Shown here piece after piece: positions 42,147 to 56,640 of a stretch of 64,000 nt of DNA. The first letter of the stretch is position 1. Each line of letters opens with the position of its first letter. Source of the stretch: Eledone cirrhosa (taxonomy: Eukaryota). The stretch spans positions 354,206,001 through 354,270,000 of the forward strand of contig OZ024743.1 in the NCBI GenBank assembly GCA_964016885.1, given 5' to 3'. The notes under the pieces are model-generated. The model did not search any database, was not told the DNA's origin, and saw only the letters and a list, made by a program, of their open reading frames with translations. The translations under genes were made by a program, and so were the position numbers.

Positions 42147-43369
42147 ATGTGTGTATTGGAAGATGATTCTATTAGTAGAGATGGGGGAGGGAGTTGTGTG
42201 TTATGTGTGTGTGTGCGAGTATGTTAGATAGAGAGAATATATATTTTGTGTTTGTGTATATATATATGTGTGTAGGAAAGTGGTTCTATTAGTAGAAATG
42301 GGGAGGGTGTTGTAGGTGTGGGGGTTGTTATGTGTGTGTATGCGTGTTATGTGTGTGGGAGTATGGTTAGCATGTTAAGATGAAGAGAATATATATATAT
42401 ATATATATATTGTGTGTGTGTGTATGTGTGTGTGTAGGAAAATGATTCCTTTAGTAGGAATATTTTTGAATGAACATATTTTCCTGACTTTTTCGTGTTT
42501 GCTATTGTATTGCCAGTGCAAACGTATGTTTAAGGTTTATTTAGTTCGGGTTTTTATTTTCTAAAGTTTTATTTTCTAAAGTTTTATTTTCTAAGGTTTA
42601 TTTAGTTCGGGTTTTTATTTTCTAAAGTGCCATTAAATGTAAAGGATGCAATGAAGATTATATAGGACAAACTAAACTCACACTCAGAAATAGAATGACA
42701 GTTCATCGCCAACAATTACGAGATCCAACCACGAGACATATACCACTAAGTGCACATCTAGACATTTGCGCAAGTAATAAGACACCCAAATTCCAAGTCT
42801 TCCCATTTTACCTTTGCGCTAACAATACAACAGAACAAATGCGAATAAATAAGGAAAATATGTTTATTCAAAAATATAGACCAACATTAAATAAGGTTTA
42901 ATATACATCATGTCAACACCACAATATGACATACACACATAACACCTTCTACTTTAGAAAATAAAAACCCGAACTAAATAAACCTTAAACATACGTTTGC
43001 ACTGGCAATACAATAGCAAACACGAAAAAGTCAGGAAAATATGTTCATTCAAAAATATTCCTACTAAAGGAATCATTTTCCTACACACACACATACACAC
43101 ACACACAATATATATATATATATATATTCTCTTCATCTTAACATGCTAACCATACTCCCACACACATAACACCCATACACACACATAACAACCCCCACAC
43201 CTACAACACCCTCCCCATTTCTACTAATAGAACCACTTTCCTACACACATATATATATACACACACACAAAATATATATTCTCTCTATCTAACATACTCG
43301 CACACACACACATAACACACAACTCCCTCCCCCATCTCTACTAATAGAATCCTCTTCCAATACATACAT

Positions 43370-43402
<33 letters not shown>

Positions 43403-43915
43403 AGCACACAAATAAACACATATCTTCAGTCTCAATAGAAAATCTGAACTCTGACACCTGAACTCTGACAGCTGGGAAATATTCACTGAACCAGAACATT
43501 TCTCCCAATCCCTTTTCCCTTGACCACTATCTCTCCATTGTCATAACATTCACTATAAAGACTACAGAATAGTTTTCCAAATAAGGGCGCAAAAATGTAA
43601 TGAAAACTTGTTCACGTGACAGCCAAATTTCATTTATAACCAACCAAAAAAAAGCTTTCGTGAGCCTCATTTTTTCAAGTAAATAGAAATTCAAACACTC
43701 ATATATGAAAAAACAACCTGTGACAACCCCCCCCTCTCTTATTTGAAGAACTATTGTAACGCGAACTGGCGCGAAATTTATTATAATTATTGACAAACCA
43801 ATCAAATTACTTCTCGAAAAACCTGGCATTTCGAGCCACTTTTTCCATATAAAACAAGTAACATTTAGAGACCAACCAGATGTGAGAAAAACCACAGACC
43901 CTCCATCTCAACTCA

Positions 43916-43953
43916 CCTTTTGAAAAGCAGAAGAACTGCGAAACCGGTAAAGG
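43916..43953 (+). ncRNA. Minimal type I hammerhead (U3-A8 variant) in the inverted pLTR
   Basis: CCTT TTGAAAA GCAG AAGAA CTGC GAAA CCGG TA AAGG read directly on the + strand. Confidence 0.8.
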
Positions 43954-44087
43954 AACCAAATAAATATATATATTTAAAAAAAAAAAATAAGACTTCAGTT
44001 GCATTTTCGATTTCATCCCTTTTTCTTTATACTTCCACTCGTGTAGGACACCTCGGTTATTTTTCATTTTGTAAAAAAAAACCTCAC

Positions 44088-44136
<49 letters not shown>

Positions 44137-44139
44137 TAA

Positions 44140-44192
<53 letters not shown>

Positions 44193-44195
<3 letters not shown>

Positions 44196-45300
44196 TCGAG
44201 GGGCCACTTGGTAGATGTGCACAGAATCTATGAAATCCTCATCTGTGTCGAGGTGTTGTCCGGCCATATCCTTTTTCATATATGGGAACAGGTGGAAGTC
44301 GGAGGGTGTGAGGTCTGGCGTGTATGGTGGATGAGGGACGAGTTTAAACCCACAGTCACGGATGGTTGCTATTGCCACCTCCGAAGTGTGGAGCAAGACC
44401 CTTTTCCTTAGCAATCTTAATGTTTTCAAACAGACGTTTGTGCAGGTCGGTGTACTATTGTCCACCGATGGTATGACACTTTTGGAGATTATCCACCAAC
44501 AAAATTCCTTGTGCATCCCAGAAAATGGTAGCCATCACCTTTCCTACTGATGATGTCACCTTGGCCTTCTGTGTGAGTGAAGAGGGGCCCTTCCATTGTT
44601 TAGACAGCACATTTGTTTCAGGTTGGTAGTGATAGACTCAGGTCTCCTCCAGGGTTATAAATCGTCCCAGGAAATGTTTGTGATCAGCTTCCAAACGTTC
44701 CATTTTGTTGGAGGACGTGGTACGACGAGCGCACTTCTGTTTCTCACTCAAAAGACTTGGAATCCAGCCCGTAGACACCTTTCTTAAACCAAGATTGTTC
44801 ATCAGAATATTGTTGGTTCACTCCTGGGAGATGCCTAACATGTTTGCTATCTGACGAGATGGCAGTCGTCGATCTTCTATCCCCATCCCAAGGGCAAGGT
44901 TCTCTGGTATGGTCACTGTTGATGGCTTCCCAGACCTTAGGTTATCTTCCACACATTCCTTGCAACACTTGAATTCATTGGTCCAGCGTTTGACTGTGAA
45001 ATATGACGGGGCCTCTTCCCCCTAGTGTGCCTTCCATGTCCTCATGGCTTTCAGTTGCGGTCATGCTTTTCAACTGCAGGTACTTGATCACTGATCGATA
45101 CTCGAGTTTCTCCACTTTTCATGACATACCTGAGTGCATCAATTTTAAGAATCTGTGAAAAGAAAAGAAAAAAGTGTTTAGACCATGAAATCTGGCTAGC
45201 ACTGTAAGAACATGTCGCAGATTTCACAGACAAGATTTCATTTGTATATCTATTTGTTTTCTGTGTGAGGCTCAAAACATTCCAGTCGCCCCTCCAATAA
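44193..45300 (-). mobile_element. Tc1/mariner transposon remnant
   Basis: Minus-strand 'HPPYTPDLTPSDFHLF' (mariner YSPDLAP motif) in ORF 44091-44516. Imperfect TIR-like ends TAGTCGAGGGGCCACTTGG and the reverse complement of CCAGTCGCCCCTCCAATA. Confidence 0.8.
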
Positions 45301-45309
45301 TATATATAG

Positions 45310-45491
45310 AGGTCAGGATTTTACCAGTTTTATTTTACCATTATTTAGCAGAGTAATAAGTACTTCGGATAGTAGAGTGTAAATATATTAGAGAGTCGGT
45401 GAACGACAGCTGTACTCTTGCCGTTTCGAAAGTCTGGAATTTGCTGTCGAAACGGCAAGAGCTCAGCCATCGGAACTCGACTTTCTAATAT
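45310..45491. mobile_element. Diverged fold-back insertion carrying an HHR 3' half (relative of the 33-kb and 52-kb hairpins)
   Basis: Imperfect arms 45384-45429 and 45448-45491 containing TCGAAACGGCAAGAGCTCAGCC; TA on both flanks. Confidence 0.6.
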
Positions 45492-45560
45492 ATATATATA
45501 TAAAATAATAGTAAATGAGTGAAAATAACATGGATCGGCTGTTCAATAGGGTTTATTGAA

Positions 45561-45668
45561 AGTATTAACAAATGTTTCATTAGTCTGGTCTGTCTAAAAA
45601 CCGCTGTACGTAAAATGCTACGTCATTCGATTTTAATAGTAGATACGCGACCAAATCTTCAGAATACT
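45561..45668 (-). ncRNA. Type I hammerhead motif (U.U at base of stem II, long loop II); mirror of 46535-46645
   Basis: Minus strand: AGTATT-CTGAAGA-T-TTGGTC...GACTAA-T-GAAA-CATTTG-TT-AATACT. Confidence 0.65.
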
Positions 45669-45994
45669 GAAGTATCAACTGTAATTAAAATCGTGTGACG
45701 TAGCATTTTACGATCAGCGGTTTTTAAGACACACCAGACTAATGAAACATTTGTTAATACTTTGAATAAACCCTATTGTACACCAGATCCATGTTATTCT
45801 TCACTCATTTACAACACACATACATATGTATATATATATATATATAAATTTTAATTATATGTTGGTTGTTTACCGACACCTCAGTATGCAGAATGGAGCA
45901 CTCGACGAAGTACGTAGGTTAGTTTGGTTATTCTGGAGTAATGTAAAATAATTAAGTCAAATATTTAAAATTTGGCTTCGTTTATTAAAGATGT

Positions 45995-46049
45995 ACTGCT
46001 ATATATATTTCGGTGACAGCCATCATTGGCTGTGACCTCTTCAGGCAGT
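45995..46049 (-). ncRNA. Type I hammerhead motif with a canonical core
   Basis: Minus strand: ACTGC-CTGAAGA-GGTCACAGCCA-ATGA-TGGCTGTCACC-GAAA-TATATA-TA-GCAGT. Confidence 0.8.
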
Positions 46050-46161
46050 CCGAATTGGTGTGGTAGAGAGAGGTACACATATCGGAGCTGGACGTATCGG
46101 AGTATTGACGGAGTAAAACACTTCAACAACCTGTGTACCTGTCTCTACCACACCAATTCGG

Positions 46162-46216
46162 ACTGCCTGAAGAGGTCACAGCCAATGATGGATGTCACCG
46201 AAATATATTTAGCAGT
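46162..46216 (+). ncRNA. Type I hammerhead motif; mirror copy with two extra mismatches
   Basis: ACTGC CTGAAGA GGTCACAGCCAATGATGGATGTCACC GAAA TATATT TA GCAGT. Confidence 0.7.
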
Positions 46217-46534
46217 ACATCTTTAATAAACGAAGCCAAATTTTAAATATTTGAATTAATTATTTTACATTACTCCGGAATAACCAAACCAACCTGCGTA
46301 CTTCGTCGAGTGCTCCAATCTGCATACTGAGGTGTCGGTAAACAACCAACATATAATTAAAATTTATATATATATATATATATATATGTTGTAAATGAGT
46401 GAAGAATAACATGGATCGGGTGTACAATAGGGTTTATTCAAAGTATTAACAAATGTTTCATTAGTCTGGTGTGTCTTAAAAACCGCTGATCGTAAAATGC
46501 TACGTCACACGATTTTAATTACAGTTGATACTTC

Positions 46535-46645
46535 AGTATTCTGAAGATTTGGTCGCGTATCTACTGTTATTAAAATCGAATGACGTAGCATTTTACGTAC
46601 AGCGGTTTTTAGACAGACCAGACTAATGAAACATTTGTTAATACT
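46535..46645 (+). ncRNA. Type I hammerhead motif with U.U at the base of stem II
   Basis: AGTATT CTGAAGA T TTGGTC...GACTAA T GAAA CATTTG TT AATACT. Confidence 0.65.
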
Positions 46646-48209
46646 TTCAATAAACCCTATTGAACAGCCGATCCATGTTATTTTCACTCATTTACTATTA
46701 TTACCCGAAGAACCACTTACCTAGGAACTGTCTTGAATCTGCCACCCAAACACCACAACTAAGGAAACCTCGTTGAGTCAAACAACGCCAAACGTTAAAA
46801 CTATCCTCGGATTGCCTTAAACGATGCATCGTTGTTATAAATATTAGCTTAGAAAAATGGATAAAATCTCTATAGATGGAAGAAAGTGAAGTACCAGCAT
46901 CCCCTACGGATAATCGAACTTCGTACCTCTTAAGCTATTATTTATATCGATCGACTGTGTTTTCAATTGTTTTCTGCGTTTGAAATTTCTACATTTTCTA
47001 AGAATATATGTACGTCGATGCGCGCGTGCGTATGTGTCTAAATAACATTTGATTAACTTACGTACAATAATAGTTGATACTATAAATAATCATTGAATAA
47101 ATCGGGTAAAGGCTCCAGAAGTACGCCATAGGATTTATACAACTGTTTTATAGTCCTTACGATTTATTTTCTATACCCAAGCTTATTTTACCCGAATTTC
47201 TAACGCTACGATCATTGTAGCAAATCTGTGTTTGGATTTCAACTTCTCTAGTTATTATTTATAGTTTTCAACTGTTATTACACAGGTACTGGTGATGGGA
47301 TGGGGTTCGTGTGTTAGATGAGGACATGAGGATGACAGGAGAGAAGTAAACGTATTCACCATCATTAAAACGATACCACCATGGTATATACATGCGGGAA
47401 TAGATTTTGTAGGTTCAGGGTGACATTAGAGTCGCCATATGAGCTACACTCGCGTATTACAATATTTTAGGATATCAGAATATTTTGTTTTTCTTTTAGG
47501 ATTAGACTTTGTCTTAGTTACTAGCGCTCTATATTGAGTATCTGACGACGAGAATTGTCCAGGCAGCACGATTTCAAGGCCCGTCACAAACCTACTCCCA
47601 GACCAAGCTAAAGTCTTGCATATCCCAAACAACGATCCTCAATCCGGTCTTGACAGGTCTACCTCACATCTATACCCTTGCACTTGAGAGAAGCTGTTAC
47701 TTGTCTCTTCATGGTTATGTGTAACATGTGACTAAACATCTGTAATTTTACGACGTTGGCATTTAAAAAATGTTAAAGTTAAAAAACCTATGAAATATAT
47801 TAAATTATCAACTAAATAATTAGAATCGACCTACAAGGAATCCCTATATATATATATGGTCGTGGGAGTTATGATGGTCATAGTTATGACAGTGGTGGTA
47901 TTGATAGCGATGACGTTGACAGCTTTGGGTACGGTGATAATGGTGGTGGTGTTTCTTATAGTGTTGCTAATGGTGATTGTGGCATTGGGGAACATGATAG
48001 CGCCATGAATGATGCTATTGTTATCAGTTATGAGAATGGGAAGAGTTGGTGGTGCTGTGGTTGGTCAATGATTGTGGTCGGTGTGATGATGGTGATAATA
48101 GCGCTAGTTATCGTAGTCATGCAAATAGATGCTAATGTTATCAATGGTGGTGATAGTACGATTATGATGATGACGGTATTATTGTTGAAAACAAAGATAT
48201 ACACAGAGA

Positions 48210-49350
<1,141 letters not shown>

Positions 49351-50094
49351 TAACTAAGTAAGTATTACTCTAGACGGTTAAAGAAAAGCAAAAATGACTT
49401 TAAAGCCGAGGAAAACAAAATGGCGTGTTCTGAAGATCGCCGAGTGAGGGAGTAAGTACCTGCTACATTCATCACGAAGCCACTACTGCCACCATCATGC
49501 ATCTGACGAGGACCACCACCATCACATGCCCCCCACAGCCCCCAGCCCCACCACATCCATTAACACCACCACCCATCTTACAACGTAAACTAAGATGTTA
49601 TCCGACATAAATTTTGACAATTTTACCAAAGATTTCCCGCCTTGCCAGTTAAGTTAGTTTGTAACGTCATAAAGTCTGAACGTGAGTCGTGTCGACATAT
49701 GCCATTTGCCGTCACTTCTATCTTTATTTCAAATGTTTCTAGCTAGTATATATGTGCGTTCATATGTATATATGTGTGTCTATGTGTTTGTCCCTGTGTG
49801 TGAGCGCTTGCTGGCGTATGTCTATCTGCATGGATGTGTATGTATATGTGTGTCTGTGTGTGTCTCTGTGTGTGTGTGTGTGTGTGTATGAGTGTGTAAT
49901 GGTCCTGTGCAGTTGTGATCGTCTGGTTAAGTATTCGTACGGAAATATTTTATGTTTGTAATATGTGCAAACAAATATACATACACAAATATATACATAC
50001 ATACATGAGTGCATCATGCATATAGTTACACATATTTAGACTGCCACTCATTTATGCATGCATGTATGTATATTTGTACATGAATGCATATATG

Positions 50095-50137
<43 letters not shown>

Positions 50138-50208
50138 TTGTATATATACATACACACCCACATATATATATATATATATATATGTATATATGTTATGTAT
50201 ATATATAC

Positions 50209-50288
<80 letters not shown>

Positions 50289-50769
50289 TCACACACGCAT
50301 ATATATATATATATATTATATATATGGACATGTACTTAAAAGATGTGCTTTGTGGTGTGAGAATGTTAAAGGGAGAAAGAGAGAGAGAAAAAGAGAAAGT
50401 AAAGAGAGAAACCGATGTGAACGAATAATGAATATGAGCAACGGCGTTTGAGTAAGACAGAGAGGGACAGAGGAAAAGTGAGCTAAAGGGAGGTATAGTG
50501 CGGAGGACGAAGTGAGAAGATGTTTCACCTGACACCATCTTGTTGACATAGCATATAAAAATGCCATGTCTTCACCTTACCCAATCGACATTTGATGTTC
50601 CACGTTTTGATGCATTTTTTTACTTACTTAATTCTTTTCCGCGCTGATGGTATTGGAATAAGACTATGAGATATTAGTGGCTGGTTAGTGTATGTACGGC
50701 TTGATTGCTTACATGTGTGTGTCGTTTGGTTTTATGTATGCTCTGACTGGTCTATATGTTGGTTTGTTA

Positions 50770-50990
50770 AGGCGGTGGATTGGCAGTGTTATTAGAGTGT
50801 CGGATGAAATGTCTCAAGATATTTGTTCTGATTCTCTGCGCCTTGAAATCAAATCATGCAACTGTTAATTATTCTTTTTATTCTTTCGCGGTGGATAAAT
50901 AAAATGCCTGTCTAAGGTGGTGGATTGGTGGAATTGATAGAGCATTCGGCCTGATAAACTACAATATCGTTTTCGGCTCTGTGTTCTAAA
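50770..50990 (+). mobile_element. Old, diverged SINE copies
   Basis: GGCGGTGGATTGGCAG head and a degenerate central domain. Confidence 0.5.
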
Positions 50991-51290
50991 TTTTTCCTCC
51001 GGCTTCACCGGTGCCAGGCTGTGTTGGCTCTTGACTTTCTCTTGGACTATATCTATTGTGTCGGTAATGCAAACTTTTTTTTATGAATTAGCAACTGCTA
51101 GTCCGTCACAAAAGACCTCATCCAGAACCGTTTCTTGGAGATGATCTTTCCATAGACTCCTGAAATATATGGATATTTATCAGTTTGTTGGCTACAACTA
51201 ACTAGGTGTACCTATCTGTCTTAGTTGGTGGAAGTGTAGTTTATTAGGTTATCCATGGGTTATGGGCTGTTTTTTCTATTTGTTGTATTT

Positions 51291-51373
<83 letters not shown>

Positions 51374-51434
51374 GTGTGTATCTACACATATATTTATTGA
51401 TATACACACACTCACACACACGCGCGCACACACA

Positions 51435-51523
<89 letters not shown>

Positions 51524-51912
51524 GTGTGTGTGTGTGTGTGAGTGTGTGTATATCAATAAATATATGTGTAGATACACGCCCACATACATCGAGCAACGAT
51601 GTTGATGATCATACTGTTACTCAACAAGTAAGTTGGACATAAAAAATAATTAACACATTTGATTATTCTGTCATAGCAATATCCCAATAAAATACATTTT
51701 GATAATCTAGCATTACTTAAAACAACATCATTTTAGTGGCTTTTGTCTTGGATGATTTTTTTCTTTTATTACAATGGTTTTCTTTCCTTTATGTTTTCAA
51801 ACTTAGCTTCACACTTCAAATGATCATTGGATATGAAAGCTTAGCTTTAAGTGTATACACATCGTCTTTTACAGTACTATATCGTGTTCAAAAATATGTT
51901 ATTTTAGTGCTG

Positions 51913-51950
<38 letters not shown>

Positions 51951-51952
<2 letters not shown>

Positions 51953-52136
51953 CGAAGGAGTTGTGGTAAGGATCCAGATGGACCATAACGCACCAGAGTA
52001 GAGTGGGTAATAGGAGAAAGTATGACTCCGACGGCAGAGCTCAAGCCGTTCCGACGGCTATTTCTGGACTAAAGACTTTAGTCCAGAAATAGCCGTCGAA
52101 ACGGCTTGAGCTCTGCCGTCCGGGGTCATACTTTCT

Positions 52137-52141
<5 letters not shown>
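51951..52141. mobile_element. Fold-back insertion carrying an HHR 3' half (same family as 32874-33073)
   Basis: Arms 52010-52141 centred near 52075; the arm reads GCCGTC-GAAA-CGGC-TTGAGCTCT-GCCG-TC. Shares the AACGAAGGA..TGTGGTAAGGA..GGACCATAACGCACCA long-arm extension. Confidence 0.8.
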
Positions 52142-52177
<36 letters not shown>

Positions 52178-52452
52178 CATGAGAAGAAAGAATATGAGAA
52201 GAAAGAATACTGCGTGGTTGCACATGGGTAACATAATAGTCCTTCGTCAGTGATTTTCCAACCTTCATTGGTATTTCATCGCTTTAAAGATCATATACCT
52301 CCGGTTGGTGCGAGCAATAGCTAAATAAAGCTATTGGGACAAATAAATCGCGTAAAGAGAGCGAGACAGTAAACAAACAATGAAGGATAGCAACGGAAAG
52401 ATAGGAAAAAACAAGCGCATGGGGATCCGGTCAGCTTAAGCTGTGTGGATTT

Positions 52453-52780
<328 letters not shown>

Positions 52781-53056
52781 TAAATATATTAGTATGCACA
52801 TACATACATATATGACTATAAATCTCGTAAAGCAGACTTGTACTCGAAAAAAGGGGACAAGGATGACAGCAAGGAAACAATGTCTCCATCTCTCAGACTC
52901 CAAAACGAATGCTTTATCCATTACACCAAGGGGTCCCTGGTCGCTATCTTGACTCAAATTGCCGCTTGCCGCAGTTGATATGTAGCCGAAATATTTGTCA
53001 ATGTTCATTTTTGTCACCTTTAAATCTGAAAATTCATACCTCCTTTCAAGGTCTGC

Positions 53057-53099
<43 letters not shown>

Positions 53100-53325
53100 A
53101 TTAGTACATTTACCAACATATGTGTACAGATGTTCACCTATGCTAGCAAATATATATGTTATGTCATAGTACCTAGGTGGTTCTATGCAGGGGGATGCAG
53201 AACAATTATATGAAAGACGTAAAATAATTTAGTCCTCGCTAGCTTTATTCCAACCACTGAATTATTATTATTTTTATATGGGTTCCTAGTGTCCGCGCAT
53301 CGCCTGGGAACTTAGCTGAGAATAG

Positions 53326-53407
53326 ACTCCCTGATGACGTAAGCAACTCTCTATAGTTATATTATGTAACTATATTTATCCCCTTACAGAAACTAATTAG
53401 TTGGAGT
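53326..53407 (+). ncRNA. Type I hammerhead motif (C.A variant; homologue of 19456-19537) in a ~250-bp truncated cassette, 53212-53466
   Basis: ACTCC-CTGATGA-C-GTAAG...CTTAC-A-GAAA-CTAATTAG-TT-GGAGT. Flanks (GGGAACTTAGCTGAGAATAG; TTTTCTTATATTACGTCT) match the 19.5-kb element. Confidence 0.8.
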
Positions 53408-53462
53408 GAACATTTTATTAAGTAGGTTCATTTTTAATTTTTAAAATTTTCTTATATTACGT

Positions 53463-53512
<50 letters not shown>

Positions 53513-53515
<3 letters not shown>

Positions 53516-53942
53516 GTAGGAGGTGAGTTTTATTGTAGCACAATAAAGCAATGCAAATATCGGATAAGTAGCACTCAACAGTTTATACGACTGAAGTATA
53601 AATAATATAAAATCAAAAGATGGTTAAAAGAGTTCCATGTATTTTATTATGCGCATTTCAAAAATAAATATCATCATGGGATGATATTTGCGTTCTCATC
53701 AGATAAAATAGGGAGATATGATATGAAGCTTAAAAATACTTGCGAGCAGTGAAGTGTTAAATCAACATATGAAAAATAAAATAAGATGGATATATGAGAT
53801 TGGAAAAAAAAGAAAGGAAGGGGGGTAAGGAAAAGATAAGGAAGAGAAAGAAAGAATATAGATAGAAGATAAAAATATAATAATAAGGAAAGGATGACGG
53901 AGGAGGAGTATAAGAAGGAAGGATGAGAGAGGAAGAGAAAAT

Positions 53943-53994
<52 letters not shown>

Positions 53995-56640
53995 TAACCT
54001 TTAATACTGAGAAACACTGTCTCACAGAGAAAAATAAAAAAAACCGTTGTAAGATAATACATAATTTAAAAAAATTAAGAAATTAAAAGTTAATGAGGTT
54101 TATGAATGGTGATGCTTATGATTAAAGAAAAAGAAATTAAGAATACTATTTATTTAAGGTTTATATATTGAAGGGTTTAATAAGATGTGCGAAAAGTAAT
54201 TTATTAAAATGTATTACAAAAATAAAATATATTAAGAAGATAAGGGGAATGAAGATAAGGTTAAATGAATTATGAACTTAGAGGAATTAATTAGGGTCCT
54301 AGTTTGTTTCTATATATTGTAATAGGAAAATGTAAATAATAGATTTAATACGAACATGGAAGGAGAGAAGAAAGAAAAAATTCAAGGAAGAAAAAATATA
54401 TAACGTCAAAAAAATATGTTTTCAAAATTTCTCTAATGGTAATATTAGTATATATTAAAAATAAAAATTTGTATGGCCGAGAATATAAGGAAAATGCTAT
54501 AGTGAGTTATAAGATGAATTAAGAAGTAATTGAGAAGTAAAAGTTGCAGATTGAAGATGAGAAATTAAAAAAGAAGAAATTTAGGGGACCGCTAACGACA
54601 TAGTATGAGTAATAATGTATAATATACTGAAATAAGGTAGAAAGATGGGTATATTTGTAAAAAATATAAAAGCGTTTGAGAAAAAAAGATTTTAAACTAA
54701 TTAGGTAGTAAGATATTAGCTGTATACTTTCTGGAATTTATGCAAGCAGAGCGAAAATAACTCCGTACGTCTATTTATTATAGAATTTAAATTAGGTAGA
54801 GATTACATGTTCTGGATAGGGAAGAATTGCAAACCTTTCTCCGAGAAATGTTGTAGTTAATATTTTTGTCCTTTAAGGACCATATGAGTTCTGAGAGTGC
54901 TGTGTTAGTTCTTTTAAGTTGGTATTTAAAACAAGAATTGTGATTATAAAATCTTGCTTTAAAGGAAGTGGAAGTGGAACCAAAATAGGTAAAAGAATCA
55001 GTACCAGTTATAACCTTACATTCATACACTAAATTTTTATCGAAACATTGGTTACTAAGAGGACATTTAGTTCTAATAGGGCAATTGCAATTACGATTAG
55101 AGAAATTACCAGAGTTATTAGCAAATGACCCAGTATTATTTATAGAAGGAATTGCATTGGAGAAGTTACTTACGATAGGTGCTAAAGTTTCCTGATTTAG
55201 ATTGGTATTATGAACATTCGTAAAGTTACGTTTGATGTCGTATTTAAATTTACGGAATCTAGCCTAGAGTTAACATTGATGTCGGGCTTACTATTGTTAT
55301 TATTATGACGCTCAGTTAATATTTTAGTATTATGATTTGAGATAATGTTAGAGATGTTGGAAGTGGTGGAATAAGAGAATTTAATTGTATGCTTATTAAA
55401 GATCTTACTATAAATATGTGAAGGAGGGAAGCATTTATCTAAGACCCTAAAAAATAGTTTAGGAATATTACTAATAATAGATAGAGAAAAAGGAGCGTTG
55501 TACCAAATCATATTTTTTATCTAGGTCTTTTCTTTATGCTATTGGAATGCTTATAACTAACTATATTACTATAAGTTCCTCCATGATTGGTTTCTTTACT
55601 GTATTTAATTTTGTGAGGATAACCGGCTCTGGAAAGCGCATTGTTGTAATAATTGGCTTTAGCGTCAAAGATAAGTTTATTAGAAAATAGATTTGATTTG
55701 AGATTCTTTTTTCAACATTACTTACTATAGCATTTTTAACGTTAATAGGGTGGTTAGATTTAAAATTAACATAATTTAGATTCTCATTGTCTTTATGGTA
55801 AGGGTAATTAAGGCTGGTGTCAAGATTTATGGATATATCCAGGAAGTTAGCTAGTTTGACGTTGTTTTCAAATTCAATTTTTAGGTTATGGTGCTTAAAT
55901 AGATCAAGTATATTATTCTTTATAATATTAAGGTTAACTAAGTTACAGTTTAAGACAGTAAAAAGGGCATCGTCACGATAAATTCCACCGCGAAGTTGAG
56001 GAATTTTCCGATTTAAAGAATTCAAAATAAAGATTCCAATCAAGTCCGTGAATTGCGCTGAATCCGACGAACCCATTGTGATATCAAAATTGTTGGAAGT
56101 ATCAGCTCTAGTCCAATATTCGTTGTTGAATTCTATGATAGTTTTTCTTGCGGTGAGAATGATGTACAGTTCATCTGTGGTGATGTCAGAATATTTAAAT
56201 GCAAAAGAGAGACCGTTGTTGAGGAGTGAAGGCGAAATAGAAGAATAGTAACTGGCAATGTCAAACTAAATACATTTTTGTTTGTTTTTATTATTCAGGT
56301 CATTGAACCAGTCAATTATATCAGATGTACCAATCCATAAATTTAAGTTAGAAATAGAGCAATTAGAACGAACCTGTGGGATAATTCTATCCAAGATGGA
56401 TTTACTAACAACCCCCAGATCGGATTTAGAGGGGGCGATTAGTCTAACAGGCAGTTCAGTTCGAAAGTTACTTTTGTGATCCTTAAGATTTATCCACGGA
56501 GTTCTTAGGAAGAATGGTTCGGCCTTTTTCTCGATGCCAGGTTTAGACAATCTCAGAATCTTCCAAGTTAATAGATTCCAGATTCTCATGGGTAGTTTTG
56601 CGATAATTCTTCCTTTGTACAACCATAATGGAAATTCCAA
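53513..56640 (-). mobile_element. Naiad-type PLE, decayed (RT, GIY-YIG, long 3' UTR with HHR)
   Basis: LKDHKSNF..RLIAPSKSDLG (56266-56640); FDITMGSSDSA..GGIYRDD..NFLDI..SNHP (55561-56090); IWYNAPF; CNCPIRTKCPL; YFGSTSTSFKARFYNH. Confidence 0.85.
53640..53710 (-). ncRNA. Type I hammerhead motif at the 3' end of the Naiad element
   Basis: Minus strand: TATTTTAT-CTGATGA-GAACGCAAATATCATC-CCAT-GATGATATTTATTTTT-GAAA-TGCGCA-TA-ATAAAATA. Confidence 0.78.

Larger units (their letters stand above)
36863..44093 (-). mobile_element. Near-intact Penelope-like element (Neptune-type) with direct pLTRs and an upstream inverted truncated copy
   Basis: 3' pLTR ~36863-37990; 5' pLTR ~41408-42566 (direct repeat); inverted copy 42627-44093 containing the ORF end plus a pLTR. 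Both outer ends join (TA)n. Confidence 0.92.
45505..46702. repeat. ~1.2-kb nested palindrome A-(TA)-B-spacer-B'-(TA)-A'; A is itself a ~300-bp imperfect hairpin
   Basis: 45505-45812 is the reverse complement of 46388-46702. 45845-46079 is the reverse complement of 46131-46370. Confidence 0.92.

Noticed and set aside
47535-47600. CTGACGA hammerhead core
   Set aside because: No matching GAAA or stems nearby.
52880-52937. tRNA-like 5' half on the minus strand (GGACCCCTTGGTGTAATGGATAAAGCA); similar at 13135-13203
   Set aside because: No intact T-arm or B box; at most a decayed SINE head.
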